Translations under genes and position numbers: made by a program | Origin: Phoronis australis | Taxonomy: Eukaryota; Animalia; Phoronida | Reading direction: 5' to 3' | Length of the DNA stretch: 64,000 nucleotides | NCBI GenBank assembly: GCA_002633005.1 | Contig: NMRA01000305.1 | Location: forward strand, 429,110-493,109 | In this document: positions 62,544-64,000 of the stretch, piece after piece | Layout: every line of letters starts with the position of its first letter | How positions within the stretch are numbered: the stretch's first letter is position 1 | Notes under the pieces: model-generated | What the model was told of the DNA's origin: nothing | Seen by the model: only the letters and a program-made list of their open reading frames with translations | Database searches by the model: none

Positions 62544-63265
62544 NNNNNNNNNNNNNNNNNNNNNNNNNNNNNNNNNNNNNNNNNNNNNNNNNNNNNCTTC
62601 AATTCAACATTTGGGAGGCTTACCTTCAATTCAACATTTGGGAGGCTTACCTTCAATTCAACATTTGGGAGGCTTACCTTCAATTCAACATTTGGGAGGC
62701 TTACCTTCAATTCAACATTTGAGAGACTTATCTTCAATTCAACATTTTGGAGGCTTATCTTCACTTCAACATTTGGGAGGCTTATCTTCAATTCAAATGT
62801 TTAAAGTGCTATAAATCTGCCTTCTATCAAGGAAACTTACTTTCAGTTTAGATCATGCTCTAAACCTGACAGTAAGATCACCGTTACAGAAACCACACAC
62901 TGAATAGTCTCTGCAATGCGTCTCGGCGGCGAGTAATATGCAACAAAAATTGCGAGACAGAGTCAATTATGTTTATATATACTTCAATTGTGTGGAAATA
63001 TGAATAAATCACGCTACTGTGACACTGCAATTTAAATTACCTCCCTCGTGACAAACCAACTGTGTGCTCGTAGAAACCAACTTCGATATAGACCTCTTAC
63101 AATTACTTATAAAATTAATAAAGGTAAGTTTATCCCCACTTTGTTATTTTGTTCCATTTCTGGGTTTTTGCCATAACGTCGATGAAGCCAGACAAATTTC
63201 TGCCGAGTTGTCAACTTTTCTTTTGCAATCATGGCTGTACTTTATAAGCAGCAAACAAAACCCAC

Positions 63266-63467
63266 CTCTGTAGAGTGTCCCAGGGACATAGAACTCTGGG
63301 TTGCCGTCAATGTTCACGTTCAATGTGATCTCCCGGGAGACACTGTCTCTTTGACCTTGGTTGGCATGGTAATTACACACAAACATGAAGGGAGACAGAG
63401 TAGCGGGTAATACAGTCTCCACACTGGAGAGACAAGAACCGATCAAACACAAAGCGATAAACCACAT
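63266..63467 (-). CDS. RELN: Second copy of reelin coding exon 1 (probable alternative haplotype)
   Basis: Near-identical to 61700-61901 (R/C difference in signal peptide), inside duplicated block across N gap 62544-62596. Confidence 0.6.
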
Positions 63468-64000
63468 CCTGAAAAAAATGGAAAAATTTAAAGAATGGTC
63501 GTAGGATAACTGCCATCAACTGATATGTGAAATCAATTTTTCTTGATGTATGGTTGATATGATAACCCATATATTCGGTGAATCATAACAGGTAAATTTA
63601 AAATTAATAAAAACATAATTTGATATACCAATTAAATTTTCCAAGCTACAGATTACAACACTCAGTTTAATGAAACCATATTCAGTTGCCTACTTTAATT
63701 CCCTATCTTCTAAATATTAAAAAAAATGTATTAATATTCCTATTTTGGATGAATCGAAATTTCCACATTTTAATCAACATTCAAATTGTTGATCAAACAC
63801 AAGAGTGCAAAGCCATTAGGAAAATTTTGCAAAGTTTCAAATTTGAGAAGCCTAATGGCTAAAGAACATTCAATAAACTTAATGTTGATCACTAAAAGAA
63901 CACAGTCACAATCTATTGAGACTCAGTTAATGTTGATCACTAAAAGAACACAGTCACAATCTATTGAGACTCAGTTAATATTGAGCATTAAAAGAACACA

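Larger units (their letters stand above)
61055..64000. repeat. ~1.5-kb tandem duplication across N gap 62544-62596
   Basis: ~61055-62543 vs 62597-64000. Confidence 0.9.

Overview
Animal (invertebrate, AT-rich introns, draft assembly with N gaps) genomic DNA, not prokaryotic. Almost the whole window is one reelin (RELN-like) gene on the minus strand. I traced 45 coding exons by hand with GT-AG boundaries and consistent phases, from the ATG at 61901 to exon 929-1122. That is about 7.8 kb of CDS (~2,600 aa): signal peptide, reeler domain, N-terminal region, then reelin repeats 1 to 6B with six EGF modules. The gene continues past the window start. Its 8-kb intron 14 hosts an antisense TRIM-NHL gene with an uninterrupted CDS (44889-46838, RING-Bbox-Bbox-coiled coil-NHL). 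Introns contain MITEs, two Tc1/mariner-type non-autonomous elements, two tRNA-derived SINE families, LINE remnants, hairpins and minisatellites. Three exon-containing tandem duplications each abut an N gap and are probably uncollapsed haplotypes. Comparisons with vertebrate reelin are from memory and need a real alignment. The species cannot be determined from the sequence alone.
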